Positions 50,662-60,740 of a stretch of 64,000 bases of DNA are shown one piece after another; positions within the stretch are counted from its first letter, which is position 1; each line of letters begins with the position of its first letter. The notes beneath the pieces are model-generated. The model was given only the letters and a program-made list of their open reading frames with translations. It ran no database searches and was not told where the DNA came from. The translations under genes and the position numbers were made by a program. The stretch is from assembly GCF_963921235.1 (NCBI RefSeq), contig NC_086097.1, forward strand, positions 36,644,001-36,708,000, given 5' to 3'. Source of the stretch: Mobula hypostoma (taxonomy: Eukaryota).

Positions 50662-51513
50662 CAGTCAGCCCTCCTTATCCGCGAGTTCTGCATGCGCAAA
50701 TTCAACCAACTGTGAATCGAGAAAACCCGGAAGCCCTCTTCCAGCACTTGTTGTTCAAACATGTACAGACTTTTTTTTCTTGTCATTATTCCCTAAACAA
50801 TACAGTATAACAAATATTTTACATAGCATTTACATTGTATTAGGTATTATAAGTAATCTAGAGATGATTTAAAGTATACGGGAGGATGTGCGTAGGTTAT
50901 CGTGGATTGGGATCGGAAAAAAAACGGTTCTCTTACTAAGTAAGTCGGAACAGGTACACCCGGTATTATTTAGCATCAGTTAGTCAAAAGTTTGTCTTAG
51001 TATATAGTATATATTTTACCTTTCTATGCATATAAAACACTTAAGAAACGTATGTTTCAGCGCCGGGCTCGGGAACGGAAATTCCCGAGTTCGATCCAGT
51101 GACAAAACGCTCCCGAGCACGCTCTCCATCCATGCCAGGTTGATGTGAAGGATCAAAAACCCAATAATTAAACCACTGCGTTGCTTAGTAATAATTGTAG
51201 CTTTCATCGGGACAGGGCTTTTCTCACTTTATCCTTTAAAATTGTTCGGATCGTTGACCAACTGTAGCCTAGCGCTTTTCCAATGACCGATGGCGTTTCA
51301 CCTCTTTCCGATCGCTTTATTATTTCCACTTTATTTTCAATCGTGATCGTGATTATTTTCACGAACCGAAACACTGCGGATTCAGAGCTCCACCGCCGGG
51401 TCCTAATGTCCACTGCATTTAGACAGGTTGAATAAGGGACTTAAGCAACCACGTTTTTTGGTATCCGCGAGGGGTCCCAGAACCAGTCCCTCGTGGATAA
51501 GGAGGGCCAACTG
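50662..51513 (-). mobile_element. Tigger/pogo-type non-autonomous DNA transposon
   Basis: TIRs CAGTCAGCCCTCCTTATCCGCGAG and CTCGTGGATAAGGAGGGCCAACTG; TA on both sides; CENP-B-like HTH remnant ITIENKVEIIKRSERGETPSVIGKALGYSWSTIRTILKDK. Confidence 0.9.
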
Positions 51514-51652
51514 TATCAGCTAAAAACATTATCGTTAATTGACAGTAAACTGAACAACTTTGTTGTTGCTGATCAGTAAAATACAACCTCCATGTCAATG
51601 TATGATCTTACCCACATTGCACAATATACCAAAATGGTTTGTTAATTAACAA

Positions 51653-52532
51653 TGTTATGAGAATACACATAAAATTAAGATGTTTGCTGGCCTGGGCTAG
51701 CATCAGTGGCATCAGCAGTTGGTCTGCCACCTGCCCTCAGGGGAAGGAGAGATAAGGAACAATGGAGCAGCGTCTGGAGATGTGTAATGAAGGGATGTGG
51801 GAGGAAGAGCTGTCTGGAGCGGCTCCCCCCTTTGAGCCCTGAACTGTTTGAAGTGATGGACAGGCGATACCCCAGCAGGGGGATAAAAAGGGACAGGTTC
51901 GCTAAGACAGACACACACGCCACCCGAGGTAACGAGACCCTGGAAGCGGTGCGCCTCTCACGAGTGGTGAGAAGAACCGGACAACGCACAGGGTGGAAAG
52001 GTACGATCAGCGGGAACCCGGTGTGTGTCCGCCCTTGCCTGGGTGCCGGGTTCACTGCAGAGGATCGACCGCATCTGGAGGAGGGGTCACAGTCGGTGAC
52101 CTCAGGTGACATCACCAAGGACCCGCCCAAAAAGCTGTTTGTGAGCCATCTCGCTGGTCTGTGAGCCATCCTGCTGGTCTGTGAGTGAAGCCGTTCTGAA
52201 TGATGAGTTGTTCCTATTCTATCTCTCTCTTCCCCCACGTTGTCCACCGCCATGGCAACGATTACTGCGAACTGAACTACTAAACTGGACTGAACTTTGA
52301 GTCATTTTGAAATTGGTCATTTACCCCTAGACAACGATAGAGCTTGATTGATGCTGTTATCTTAATTCTGTGCACATGTGCGTTTATCATCGCTGAACTG
52401 TTGCATTTATTATCCTTTCGATTAATGTGTTGCTTGTTTCTTTAATAAAACTTTCTTAGTTCTAGTACTCCAGACTCCAACTGAGTGATCCATTTCTGCT
52501 GGTTTGGCAACCCAGTTACGGGGTACGTAACA
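51653..52532 (+). repeat. 5' LTR
   Basis: TGTTATG...CGTAACA; TATA-like GATAAAAAG near 51882; AATAAA at 52444; 20-bp tandem duplication at 52141..52185. Confidence 0.95.
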
Positions 52533-52536
52533 TAAG

Positions 52537-52555
52537 TGGGGTTCTCGTCCGCGAT
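52537..52555 (+). promoter_or_regulatory. Primer-binding site, tRNA-Pro-like
   Basis: TGGGGTTCTCGTCCGCGAT, 4 nt after the 5' LTR, versus the tRNA-Pro complement TGGGGGCTCGTCCGGGAT. Confidence 0.75.
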
Positions 52556-52631
52556 TTTGAACGCTAAATTTGGGACGGAGTAAATTGATTGGGTTAAAAT
52601 TCCCGAAAGAAAGAAAAGACAAACAGCAGAA

Positions 52632-55478
52632 ATGGAGGTTGAGGAATTTATAAAGGTGCCGACCTTGGAGGCATTAGAGGATGCCAGGAAATCGGAATTG
52701 ATAGCTGTGGCCAAACGGGTGAATCTTGCCAAGGTGAAGTCGACAATGAGGAGAGAGGAGATACACAGAGCTATTGTAGAGCACTATGTATCTAAAGGTG
52801 TGTTTCCCCAAGGTGAGCTGGGGGAGGTGTCTATTGAAAAACCTGCTGGAGATGCGGTACAGGTACAGCTTGAAAAACTGAGACTCGAGCACGAGTTCCG
52901 GGTACGGCAGTTAGAACACGAAGAGAAGCAGTTAGAAAGGCAGGAGAGAGAGTTAGAAAGGCAAGAGAGAGAAAGACAGTTAGAGAGAGAAGAGAGAGAG
53001 AGGGACAGACAGTTGGAGAGAGAGGAGAAACAGAGGGAAAGGGAATTTGAGCTGGAGAAGTTAAAGATAAGGGCCGAGCAGGGGCTCGTGCCGAACCAAG
53101 GTGGAGGGTTCCGGGTGACCCAGGAGGTTAGGCTGGTTCCCCCATTTGACGATACCGATGTGGATCGGTACTTTCTCCACTTCGAAAAAGTAGCTATAAG
53201 TCAGGACTGGCCGAGGGATAAGTGGGTTGTTTTACTTCAGAGTGTACTGAAAGGGAAAGCCCAACAAGCTTACTCAGCTTTATCCGCGGAAGATGCCCAG
53301 AAGTATGAGGTGGTGAAGGAGGCCATCCTCAGGATTTATGAGTTGGTCCCGGAGGCATACCGGCAGAGGTTCCGGAATGCGAGGAAGCGGTGGGACCGCA
53401 CGTATTTGGAGTTTGCTCGCGAGATGCAAACATATTGTGAGCGTTGGTGCGCCTCGAAAGGGGTAGAGGGGGATTATGACAGACTGCTGCAGCTGATTCT
53501 GATTGAGCAGTTTAAAGGTTGTGTCCCTGAGGGTATGAGACCCTACCTCGATGAGAAAGAGGCAGCCACGTTAGCCGCAACTGCTAAGTTAGCGGATGAG
53601 TATGCGTTGACGCATAAAATGAAGGTTGCCCCGAGTAAAGGCTACCAGAAGGGTAGTCAGGACGGCGGGGAGAGTCCACCGGAAAAGTCAGAAAGTAAGC
53701 CGGGGACTAGTGAAAAGGATAAGGTAGACCGGGAGCAGTCTGGTGGGAAGTCTCCTGGGGTCGTCTGTTATAATTGTGGGAAAGTCGGACACTTTGCGTC
53801 CAGGTGCTTTGCCCCAAGGAAGGAGACGGGGAAAGGAAAAGCAGAAATTTTGAATGGCTGTATTGAGCTGTTAAGCGAACCGCTAGGGAAGGACAGGTCT
53901 GAAAAAGTCCAGGAAGGGCGCGAGAGGTTTATCTCGGCCGGACTGGTGTCAGTGAAAAAGAGGTTAAAACCAGTTCCAGTGCGGATCTGGAGAGACACGG
54001 GAGCGTGTCAGTCACTAATACTGAAGAGTGTATTAGAGTTTAGCTCAGAGACCCAGACTGGGGAGGTAGAGGTCAAAGGTGTTGGGGAAGGGACAGAGTC
54101 AGTCCCTTTGCACCAGATACATTTACAGAGCAACCTGGTCTCTGGACTAGTCACGATCGGGGTGAGGTCCGAATTACCGATGAAAGACGTGGAAGTCTTG
54201 CTCGGTAATGACATCGCCGGAGGAATCGTGTTCCCAGTCGTGAGATTGACGGGTCAGCCTGCCAGCATGGAGGCCCCGCCCGCGATGGTGAATTTGGCTG
54301 AAACATTTCTGCCAACCTTGTATGAGACAGGGTGTAGTGAGATAAGAGGTAGTGAGGGAGCTGGGACGGACGTAGCAGTAGCCAGGAAAGAATTTGTGCA
54401 GACGCAGGAGCGAGACGAGGGGCTGATGGTTTTGGCCGAGACAGCTCTCTCTGACACAGCCTTGACAAGGGAACTAGTAGGCTATTGTGCGGATGAGGAA
54501 GTGCTAAGGAAGAAAGGGAAATCAAGTACAGCATCCGCAGATGAGGAGTGGGGGGTGGTGCAAAAGAGTTATGGGGATGAGGTTTTTAACATGGCCCACG
54601 AGGTACCCCCCGGTGGACATTTTGCGGTGCTGGAGGAAACAGTTGGTGGAATCATGAAAGAGAGTTACCGGCTGCCCAGGGGGAAAAATGTTATTGATCA
54701 TGACCGACGCGAACTGAGACGGTCACCGGCTTTTGATATGCGAACAAACCTAGTCGGTGTTAGCGTGGAAATCAATGAAGCTAGGGGCCCCTTGATAAGA
54801 GGAAAAAACCATTTTGAAAAGATTAGGATGGGATCGGTCAGATGGGAGAAGGCTATTGTTTTGGCCAGGTCTACTGATAAGGTCTCTCCCTTAATCCCCG
54901 AAGGAGTAATTAAACGACTCGCACCCATGTGTTTGATTGTCCCGAGGAAATGCAAAGAACTGGGACGTTGGGTTATGTCTGTTACAATAGGGCGGCCCAG
55001 TAAACAACACCCATATTTTTTGAGTAATTCAGTGACTAAAGGGCTGATGAACACAGAGGTGTGTATTGGCAATTTAATACGGCTGCCTGAAGCCAGTCTG
55101 ATAGTGAACCTTGAAAAAAATGAATTCGGCCACACGAGAGTCACCTACCTGGGAATTGTGGTGACACAGGGGCAGCTGGCAGCGATGCAAGCTGCAGTGC
55201 AGGCTATCGCTGACCTCCCCACCCCGACAGACAAGAGGGCCCTCAGAAGGCTTTTGGAGATGGTGGGGTACTGCAGGAAGTTTTGCAATAACTCTGCGGT
55301 CAATACCCGTCCCCCTCCTACTAAGCCCTTGCGAGGGAAAATTGAGTCGGAATGGGACGACCCTTGTTGTTGTGGTCCGGGACAAAACCAAATGAGAGGT
55401 TACATTGGTCGCAATTCATCAGTGTTTTTGGCCACTATGAAGTTTGCTGAGTTGGAGCCTGGTCTAAGGGATTATTAA
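52632..55478 (+). CDS. 948-aa Gag-protease polyprotein with degenerate integrase and RT remnants
   Basis: Coiled coil; capsid with SCAN-like C-terminal part (VPPFDDTDVDRYFLHFEK...YELVPEAYRQRFR...LILIEQF); CCHC knuckle CYNCGKVGHFASRC (53766..53807); protease RDTGA (DTG at 53994) and LLGND; IN zinc-finger remnant AHEVPPGGH (54594..54620); RT pieces KQHPY, CIGN in place of YIDD (55062..55073), VNLEKNEFG..VTYLG, and thumb-like RRLLEMVGYCRKF. Confidence 0.9.
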   Translation: MEVEEFIKVPTLEALEDARKSELIAVAKRVNLAKVKSTMRREEIHRAIVEHYVSKGVFPQGELGEVSIEKPAGDAVQVQLEKLRLEHEFRVRQLEHEEKQLERQERELERQERERQLEREERERDRQLEREEKQREREFELEKLKIRAEQGLVPNQGGGFRVTQEVRLVPPFDDTDVDRYFLHFEKVAISQDWPRDKWVVLLQSVLKGKAQQAYSALSAEDAQKYEVVKEAILRIYELVPEAYRQRFRNARKRWDRTYLEFAREMQTYCERWCASKGVEGDYDRLLQLILIEQFKGCVPEGMRPYLDEKEAATLAATAKLADEYALTHKMKVAPSKGYQKGSQDGGESPPEKSESKPGTSEKDKVDREQSGGKSPGVVCYNCGKVGHFASRCFAPRKETGKGKAEILNGCIELLSEPLGKDRSEKVQEGRERFISAGLVSVKKRLKPVPVRIWRDTGACQSLILKSVLEFSSETQTGEVEVKGVGEGTESVPLHQIHLQSNLVSGLVTIGVRSELPMKDVEVLLGNDIAGGIVFPVVRLTGQPASMEAPPAMVNLAETFLPTLYETGCSEIRGSEGAGTDVAVARKEFVQTQERDEGLMVLAETALSDTALTRELVGYCADEEVLRKKGKSSTASADEEWGVVQKSYGDEVFNMAHEVPPGGHFAVLEETVGGIMKESYRLPRGKNVIDHDRRELRRSPAFDMRTNLVGVSVEINEARGPLIRGKNHFEKIRMGSVRWEKAIVLARSTDKVSPLIPEGVIKRLAPMCLIVPRKCKELGRWVMSVTIGRPSKQHPYFLSNSVTKGLMNTEVCIGNLIRLPEASLIVNLEKNEFGHTRVTYLGIVVTQGQLAAMQAAVQAIADLPTPTDKRALRRLLEMVGYCRKFCNNSAVNTRPPPTKPLRGKIESEWDDPCCCGPGQNQMRGYIGRNSSVFLATMKFAELEPGLRDY

Positions 55479-55638
55479 TAACACGTGTAAAAGGAACAGA
55501 AAATGTGATGACTGTCTGTCAAGGTGTTGACAATTTCAAATTCTCTGTATTAGCTAAATAACTGTTAAAGATGTATATTGTGTATGTATCAGATAATGTA
55601 GTCATGTTTGTAATTTTTACCTCCCGGTAAAAATCCTT

Positions 55639-55650
55639 AAAGGGGGGAAG
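55639..55650 (+). promoter_or_regulatory. Polypurine tract
   Basis: AAAGGGGGGAAG directly abutting the 3' LTR TG. Confidence 0.9.
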
Positions 55651-56530
55651 TGTTACGAGAATACACATAAAATTAAGATGTTTGCTGGCCTGGGCTAGCA
55701 TCAGTGGCATCAGCAGTTGGTCTGCCACCTGCCCTCAGGGGAAGGAGAGATAAGGAACAATGGAGCAGCGTCTGGAGATGTGTAATGAAGGGATGTGGGA
55801 GGAAGAGCTGTCTGGAGCGGCTCCCCCCTTTGAGCCCTGAACTGTTTGAAGTGATGGACAGGCGATACCCCAGCAGGGGGATAAAAAGGGACAGGTTCGC
55901 TAAGACAGACACACACGCCACCCGAGGTAACGAGACCCTGGAAGCGGTGCGCCTCTCACGAGTGGTGAGAAGAACCGGACAACGCACAGGGTGGAAAGGT
56001 ACGATCAGCGGGAACCCGGTGTGTGTCCGCCCTTGCCTGGGTGCCGGGTTCACTGCAGAGGATCGACCGCATCTGGAGGAGGGGTCACAGTCGGTGACCT
56101 CAGGTGACATCACCAAGGACCCGCCCAAAAAGCTGTTTGTGAGCCATCTCGCTGGTCTGTGAGCCATCCTGCTGGTCTGTGAGTGAAGCCGTTCTGAATG
56201 ATGAGTTGTTCCTATTCTATCTCTCTCTTCCCCCACGTTGTCCACCGCCATGGCAACGATTACTGCGAACTGAACTACTAAACTGGACTGAACTTTGAGT
56301 CATTTTGAAATTGGTCATTTACCCCTAGACAACGATAGAGCTTGATTGATGCTGTTATCTTAATTCTGTGCACATGTGCGTTTATCATCGCTGAACTGTT
56401 GCATTTATTATCCTTTCGATTAATGTGTTGCTTGTTTCTTTAATAAAACTTTCTTAGTTCTAGTACTCCAGACTCCAACTGAGTGATCCATTTCTGCTGG
56501 TTTGGCAACCCAGTTACGGGGTACGTAACA
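55651..56530 (+). repeat. 3' LTR
   Basis: TGTTACG...CGTAACA (7-bp terminal inverted repeat). Identical to the 5' LTR in the parts I compared except position 6 (C/T). Confidence 0.95.
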
Positions 56531-56598
56531 ACAAGAAAACAGAAGTAGTGCTGTGTTTCCTCCATGATTGAATGATAGGGAAAGAGACTGGTTCTTAC

Positions 56599-56662
56599 CT
56601 TCGCAAGTCACTTCCTTCATGTCTATCATGATAAAAATCTTGCCCTCCGGCTCCAAATCAAC
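56599..56662 (-). CDS. PRKCE-like: Preceding coding exon of the same PKC gene (end of C2-like domain)
   Basis: ttttggcag|GTTGAT...TGCGAAG|gtaaga, 64 nt. Translates VDLEPEGKIFIMIDMKEVTCE+G (compare PKC epsilon IDLEPEGRVYVIID and PKC eta VDLEPEGKVFVVI). The phase-1 end joins the 842..1016 exon in frame (G+AC = Asp). Confidence 0.92.
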
Positions 56663-56879
56663 CTGCCAAAAGAACATTTGAAATATGAGGATCTGCATGA
56701 AGCAAAATGATACAAGTTATATCAAACACCATGAAACCCACCTCCATAATGGCTAGGCAGATATAATGCACACAGCAAAGTGCTGAGGTTGCTGGGTATC
56801 AACAATAACAATGGAAAATCCTCAAAATATATAGCGTTTTCTGAATTTTTAAATTTCAGATTCCCTGTGTCTGTAGGCA

Positions 56880-57260
56880 TGGTAGCATCAGTGAAGAGGA
56901 AAACAGAGCAAAACTTTCATGTCAATAGCTTTTCATCAGGTTTCTTATTGAAAATTATGGAGCACAATCATGAAGGTTAAGAGGGGAGAGGGAAGAGGGC
57001 AAGGAGAACCTTACCCTTCCTCTGGGCAAAGAAGGGGCAAGAAGGCAATGACACAACCATGTTAAAGGCCCCTCAGCTGTGGTGGCACAGAAACCATGGT
57101 TAAAGAGAAAGGAAGACTTACTTGAAGAACAGTTAGGGAAGGCGGCAGCTTCAGAATGAATGTGATGAAAATGTGAAACTCAGAGAATGGAAGAAAATCC
57201 ATGCAGGAAACAGGATGAAAGGAATTTCAGTCTGGCCTTGCAGTGGGTTCTGATGTATGT
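56880..57260 (-). mobile_element. Very degraded Penelope-like fragment
   Basis: Minus-strand CTGATGAAAAG..GAAAG terminal motif (56912..56940) plus a remnant resembling the IPFSQFLRLRRICS region. Confidence 0.4.
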
Positions 57261-57844
57261 CATTAACTCAACTTGTGTCTGCAGACGTCGCCCAATTTGT
57301 TAAGCATTTCTGCTTTTTATGCATAATGAAGTTCAACTCAGCTGAAGCCCTAATGCAACTACAGAAATTTACTGCAAGAGGTCATTTGGATCAACACAGA
57401 ATTAAAGACATCTTTTACTTATATATAATTATAATACCATCTACACCTTCTAATCTTTTCCCCTCATTCATTAAAATGGATTTGTGTTATCACTAATGTT
57501 CCCGCAACCAAGAGAAATTGAAGAAAGTTTCCACAGTAGCCCTCTAATTGACTGCTGAGGCACTAATCAAAACACATCAAAAAAAGTGCCAATATCATTC
57601 AATGTCATTCTTCTACAATTTCCAGAAAAATTTGGCCAGGGTATACAGGAAAATCTTGCATTCCTGTAATATCCTTATTCTTGTGGTCTCCTGCCTCGTA
57701 CCTCATCAGCTGTCCTTAGCTCTATGGCACTACCATACTCCTGAGGAGTATCCTCCTCAGAGTCTCTGTTCTCATACACCTCAAATGTGTACAAGGAAAT
57801 GCATCTACTCAACCATGACATTAACTTCGGAATTCTTTTATTAT

Positions 57845-58620
57845 GCAGCGCATTGTTATAGCATAACACCATGGAAACTGTAGGTTGCATGTTCGAAACC
57901 GAGAGTATGACACACTGAAATTGACTCAGCAAACTGGCATACCATGACATCATGGAGCAATAAGAAACTGAAAACATCTCAAAGAGAACTTTATCTTCTC
58001 CAGACTATCTGCTGGGTGATATAATAAACAGATTACATGTATGTATAAAAGTGGATGAAGTCAAATCACTACTTGGAATTCATTTGGGTAAACTGGCAAT
58101 GATATGACTTTAAATCACATTAATATGTTCTGGTTCAATTCACAAAGAATACTATCTTTCCACTTAAGCAAGTCATTGTGAAAGATGAGATAAGTTTTCC
58201 GTGAACGGATGCTACAGTTAATGCAGATGCGGGATTTACTGTGTATAGAAATTATTCTATACAACTCTAAGGATGATGGCTCGGTTGGTGATTATTTGGA
58301 AGGAAATTCATCACACATGTGCATGGGTGTGTATGCCTGTGTGTACATCAATGCATGACCTCCATGAGCCTGTGTCTGAGTGAATGAGTGCCATGTGCAC
58401 AATAAGAGGAGGAAGAAACTTGGAAAGACCGTGAACAGGCGGTATTGAGGAACTGAAACTGCAGGATACACATTCGACATTGAGAGTATTACACACTGAA
58501 GTTATTTCAGCATATTGTTATACCATAACATCATGGAAACTGCAGGTTTCACATTCAAAATTGTGAGTATGAGACACTGAAATTGACTCAGCAATTTGAT
58601 ATACCATGACATCTTGGTGA
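57845..58620. repeat. Degenerate 81-bp minisatellite units in two clusters
   Basis: Unit gaaactg(c/t)agg...gagtatgacacactgaaattgactcagc...taccatgacatcatg at about 57874, 58455 and 58536. Confidence 0.75.
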
Positions 58621-59447
58621 AATGCACCTTCATCTGGAGTTTTACAGATTTATATGCATCCTGGACAAAATTTTCACTTGTGACATAGATGTTGCTATAA
58701 CACCCACCCCCCAAAACCCCCGTTAACGAATGGAACACTAACTACACTAACTAGTACAGCCCTGAACACAGGCATGGGAATTACATATATGATTCACCCA
58801 TGTCTGAAGCCAGAGTTAATTTCACAGTCCTTATTACAAACAGTTAGCAACACAACATCAGCTGATGAGATGGGGACTGCTGTGGCTGGAACTGGTGCTG
58901 AAAAGCACTCTGGAAATTATTCCAACTTAGAAGCAGATAACAGGGAAGACACTACGTGATTCCAAAATTGCACTCAAAGTCCTCGTGCCAGAGGTCGATG
59001 GGAAGAGGAATGTTCTCTAACAAGAGGATCAAGAGATTCCGCAGGCTGCAGCCCCTAGTTACTTCAGATCAGACCAAAGGAGTTCTGATCACCTATCAGC
59101 CTGCTTCAGGCAAGCAGGATGACAATTGTTGTAAAATATTCTATTCAGATTAGCTGATCACATCAATCATTGCAGTAACAGATTCCCACATCCAGATCAT
59201 AGAAATGAATTGATCTACTCTGTCCTCAATTTGAGCTCAAACAACCCAATTGGAAATGTAAAAGCCAAAGATACTGAATTACATTTGCTAAATGAATCAT
59301 GCCACGTCACTGATGAATGTACACTGCACCTACTTTCATATTGCAATTTTATGAAACTGAAGGGTAGACAAATGATTTCTTTCACTATCAGTAGGTAGCA
59401 GCAAAGAAAGAATGCATCCAATTACTCTTTATAAACTAGTTAACAGA

Positions 59448-59860
59448 ATCTGAATTAGGTTTATTATCACCTGCATATGTCGTGAAATTTGTTGACTTAG
59501 CAGGAGCAGTTCAATGCAATACATAATATAAAAGGAAAAAAAAATCAATTACTGTATACGTGTATTGAATAGACTTTAAAAAATGTGCAAAAACAGAAAT
59601 AATCTATATTTAAAAAGTGAGGTAGTGTTCAAGGGTTCAATGTCCATTTAGAAATTGGATGGCAGAGGGGAAGAAGCTGTTCCTGAATCACTGAGTGTGT
59701 GCGTTCAGGCTTCTGTACCTCCTACCTGATGGTAACCGTGAGAAAAGGGCATGCCCTGGGTGCTGGAGGTCCTTAATAATGGACGCTGCCTTTCTGAGAC
59801 ACCACTCCCTGAAGACATCCTGGGTACTTTGTAGGCTAGTACCCAAGATGGAGCTGACTA
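59448..59860 (-). mobile_element. Rex1/Babar 3' end
   Basis: Closely similar to 4444..4850. Confidence 0.75.
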
Positions 59861-59999
59861 ATTAGTCTTCATGCCATCTCTCACTGCTGTTGGCTAGTAA
59901 TGATACAAATTGGGAGTTGGCAGCCTGATTAATAGAGAATGAGGTGATTCATTGGCACTTTCCCTTTCTTCGACTTTCTAGAACAACACAGCATGTATA

Positions 60000-60591
60000 C
60001 ACTCGGTGGCCACTTTATTAGGTACACCTGTACACCTGCTCAGTAACACAAATACCTAATCAGCCAATCATATACCAGCAACATAATGCAAAAAAGCACA
60101 TAGACATGATCAGGAGCATGTTGCTTAGACCAAACACCCAAATTGGTAAGAAACGTGATCTAAATGACCTTGACCGTGCAATGATTGCTAGTGATAGGTG
60201 GGGTGGTCTCAGTATCTCAACAACTACTGACCTCTTGGTATTTTCACACACAGCAGTCTCTAGAGTTTACAGAGAATTGTGTGAGAAACAAAAATACATC
60301 CATTCTTTTTGTAGATGGATGTTCTCAGCTGTTTTGTGGGTGGAAAGACTTTTTTAAATGAGAGAGGTTAGAGCTGAATTTCCAGACTGGTTCAAGCTGA
60401 CTGGAAGGCAACAGTAACTCAGATAACCACAGATTAAAACAGTGATGTACAGAAAAGTATCTTTGAATCCACAACACATCAAGCTCGAATGTGAATGCGC
60501 TACAGCAGCAGAAAACCATGAACGTACAGAAATACATTCAGTGTCTGCTTTATTCGGTACAACCGGTACCTAATAAAGTGGCCACTGAATG
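60000..60591 (+). mobile_element. Tc1-type non-autonomous DNA transposon (same family as 43220)
   Basis: TA|CACTCGGTGGCCACTTTATTAGGTAC ... GTACCTAATAAAGTGGCCACTGAATG|TA; HTH remnant DLDRAMIASDRWGGLSISTTTDLLVFSHTAVSRVYRE. Confidence 0.9.
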
Positions 60592-60740
60592 TATAATGTA
60601 AGGAATTTGATATAAATGTCAAGTATAAAATGGTGTGCCCACTTATTTCTTTTTTAGTTTTAATCTAATTAAATTGTCCAGCTCCCCTTGGGAGAAATAA
60701 AGTACAGCTGTCAATTTGGCAAATAACTACTATCAGGGAA

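Larger units (their letters stand above)
51653..56530 (+). mobile_element. Young, non-autonomous Gmr1-like Ty3/Gypsy LTR retrotransposon
   Basis: Two 880-bp TG...CA LTRs; TSD ACAA (51649..51652 and 56531..56534); tRNA-Pro-like PBS; polypurine tract; gag-pro-pol-remnant ORF with the integrase remnant upstream of the RT remnant. Confidence 0.95.
1017..56598 (-). other. GT-AG intron (55,582 nt) of the PKC gene
   Basis: Lies between two phase-compatible exons that encode consecutive PKC segments; filled with transposable elements. Confidence 0.85.

Noticed and set aside
51675..52253. 192-aa and 152-aa ORFs repeated at 55673..56251
   Set aside because: They lie inside the LTRs, are duplicated only because the LTRs are, and show no domain similarity.
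52632..55478. Domesticated SCAN/Gag host gene
   Set aside because: Flanked by near-identical LTRs, PBS, PPT and TSD, so it is a recent mobile copy and not a fixed host gene.
57845..58620. C2H2 zinc-finger array or CRISPR-like array
   Set aside because: Period is 81 nt rather than 84, Cys/His are not in one open frame, there are no unique spacers, and the context is eukaryotic.
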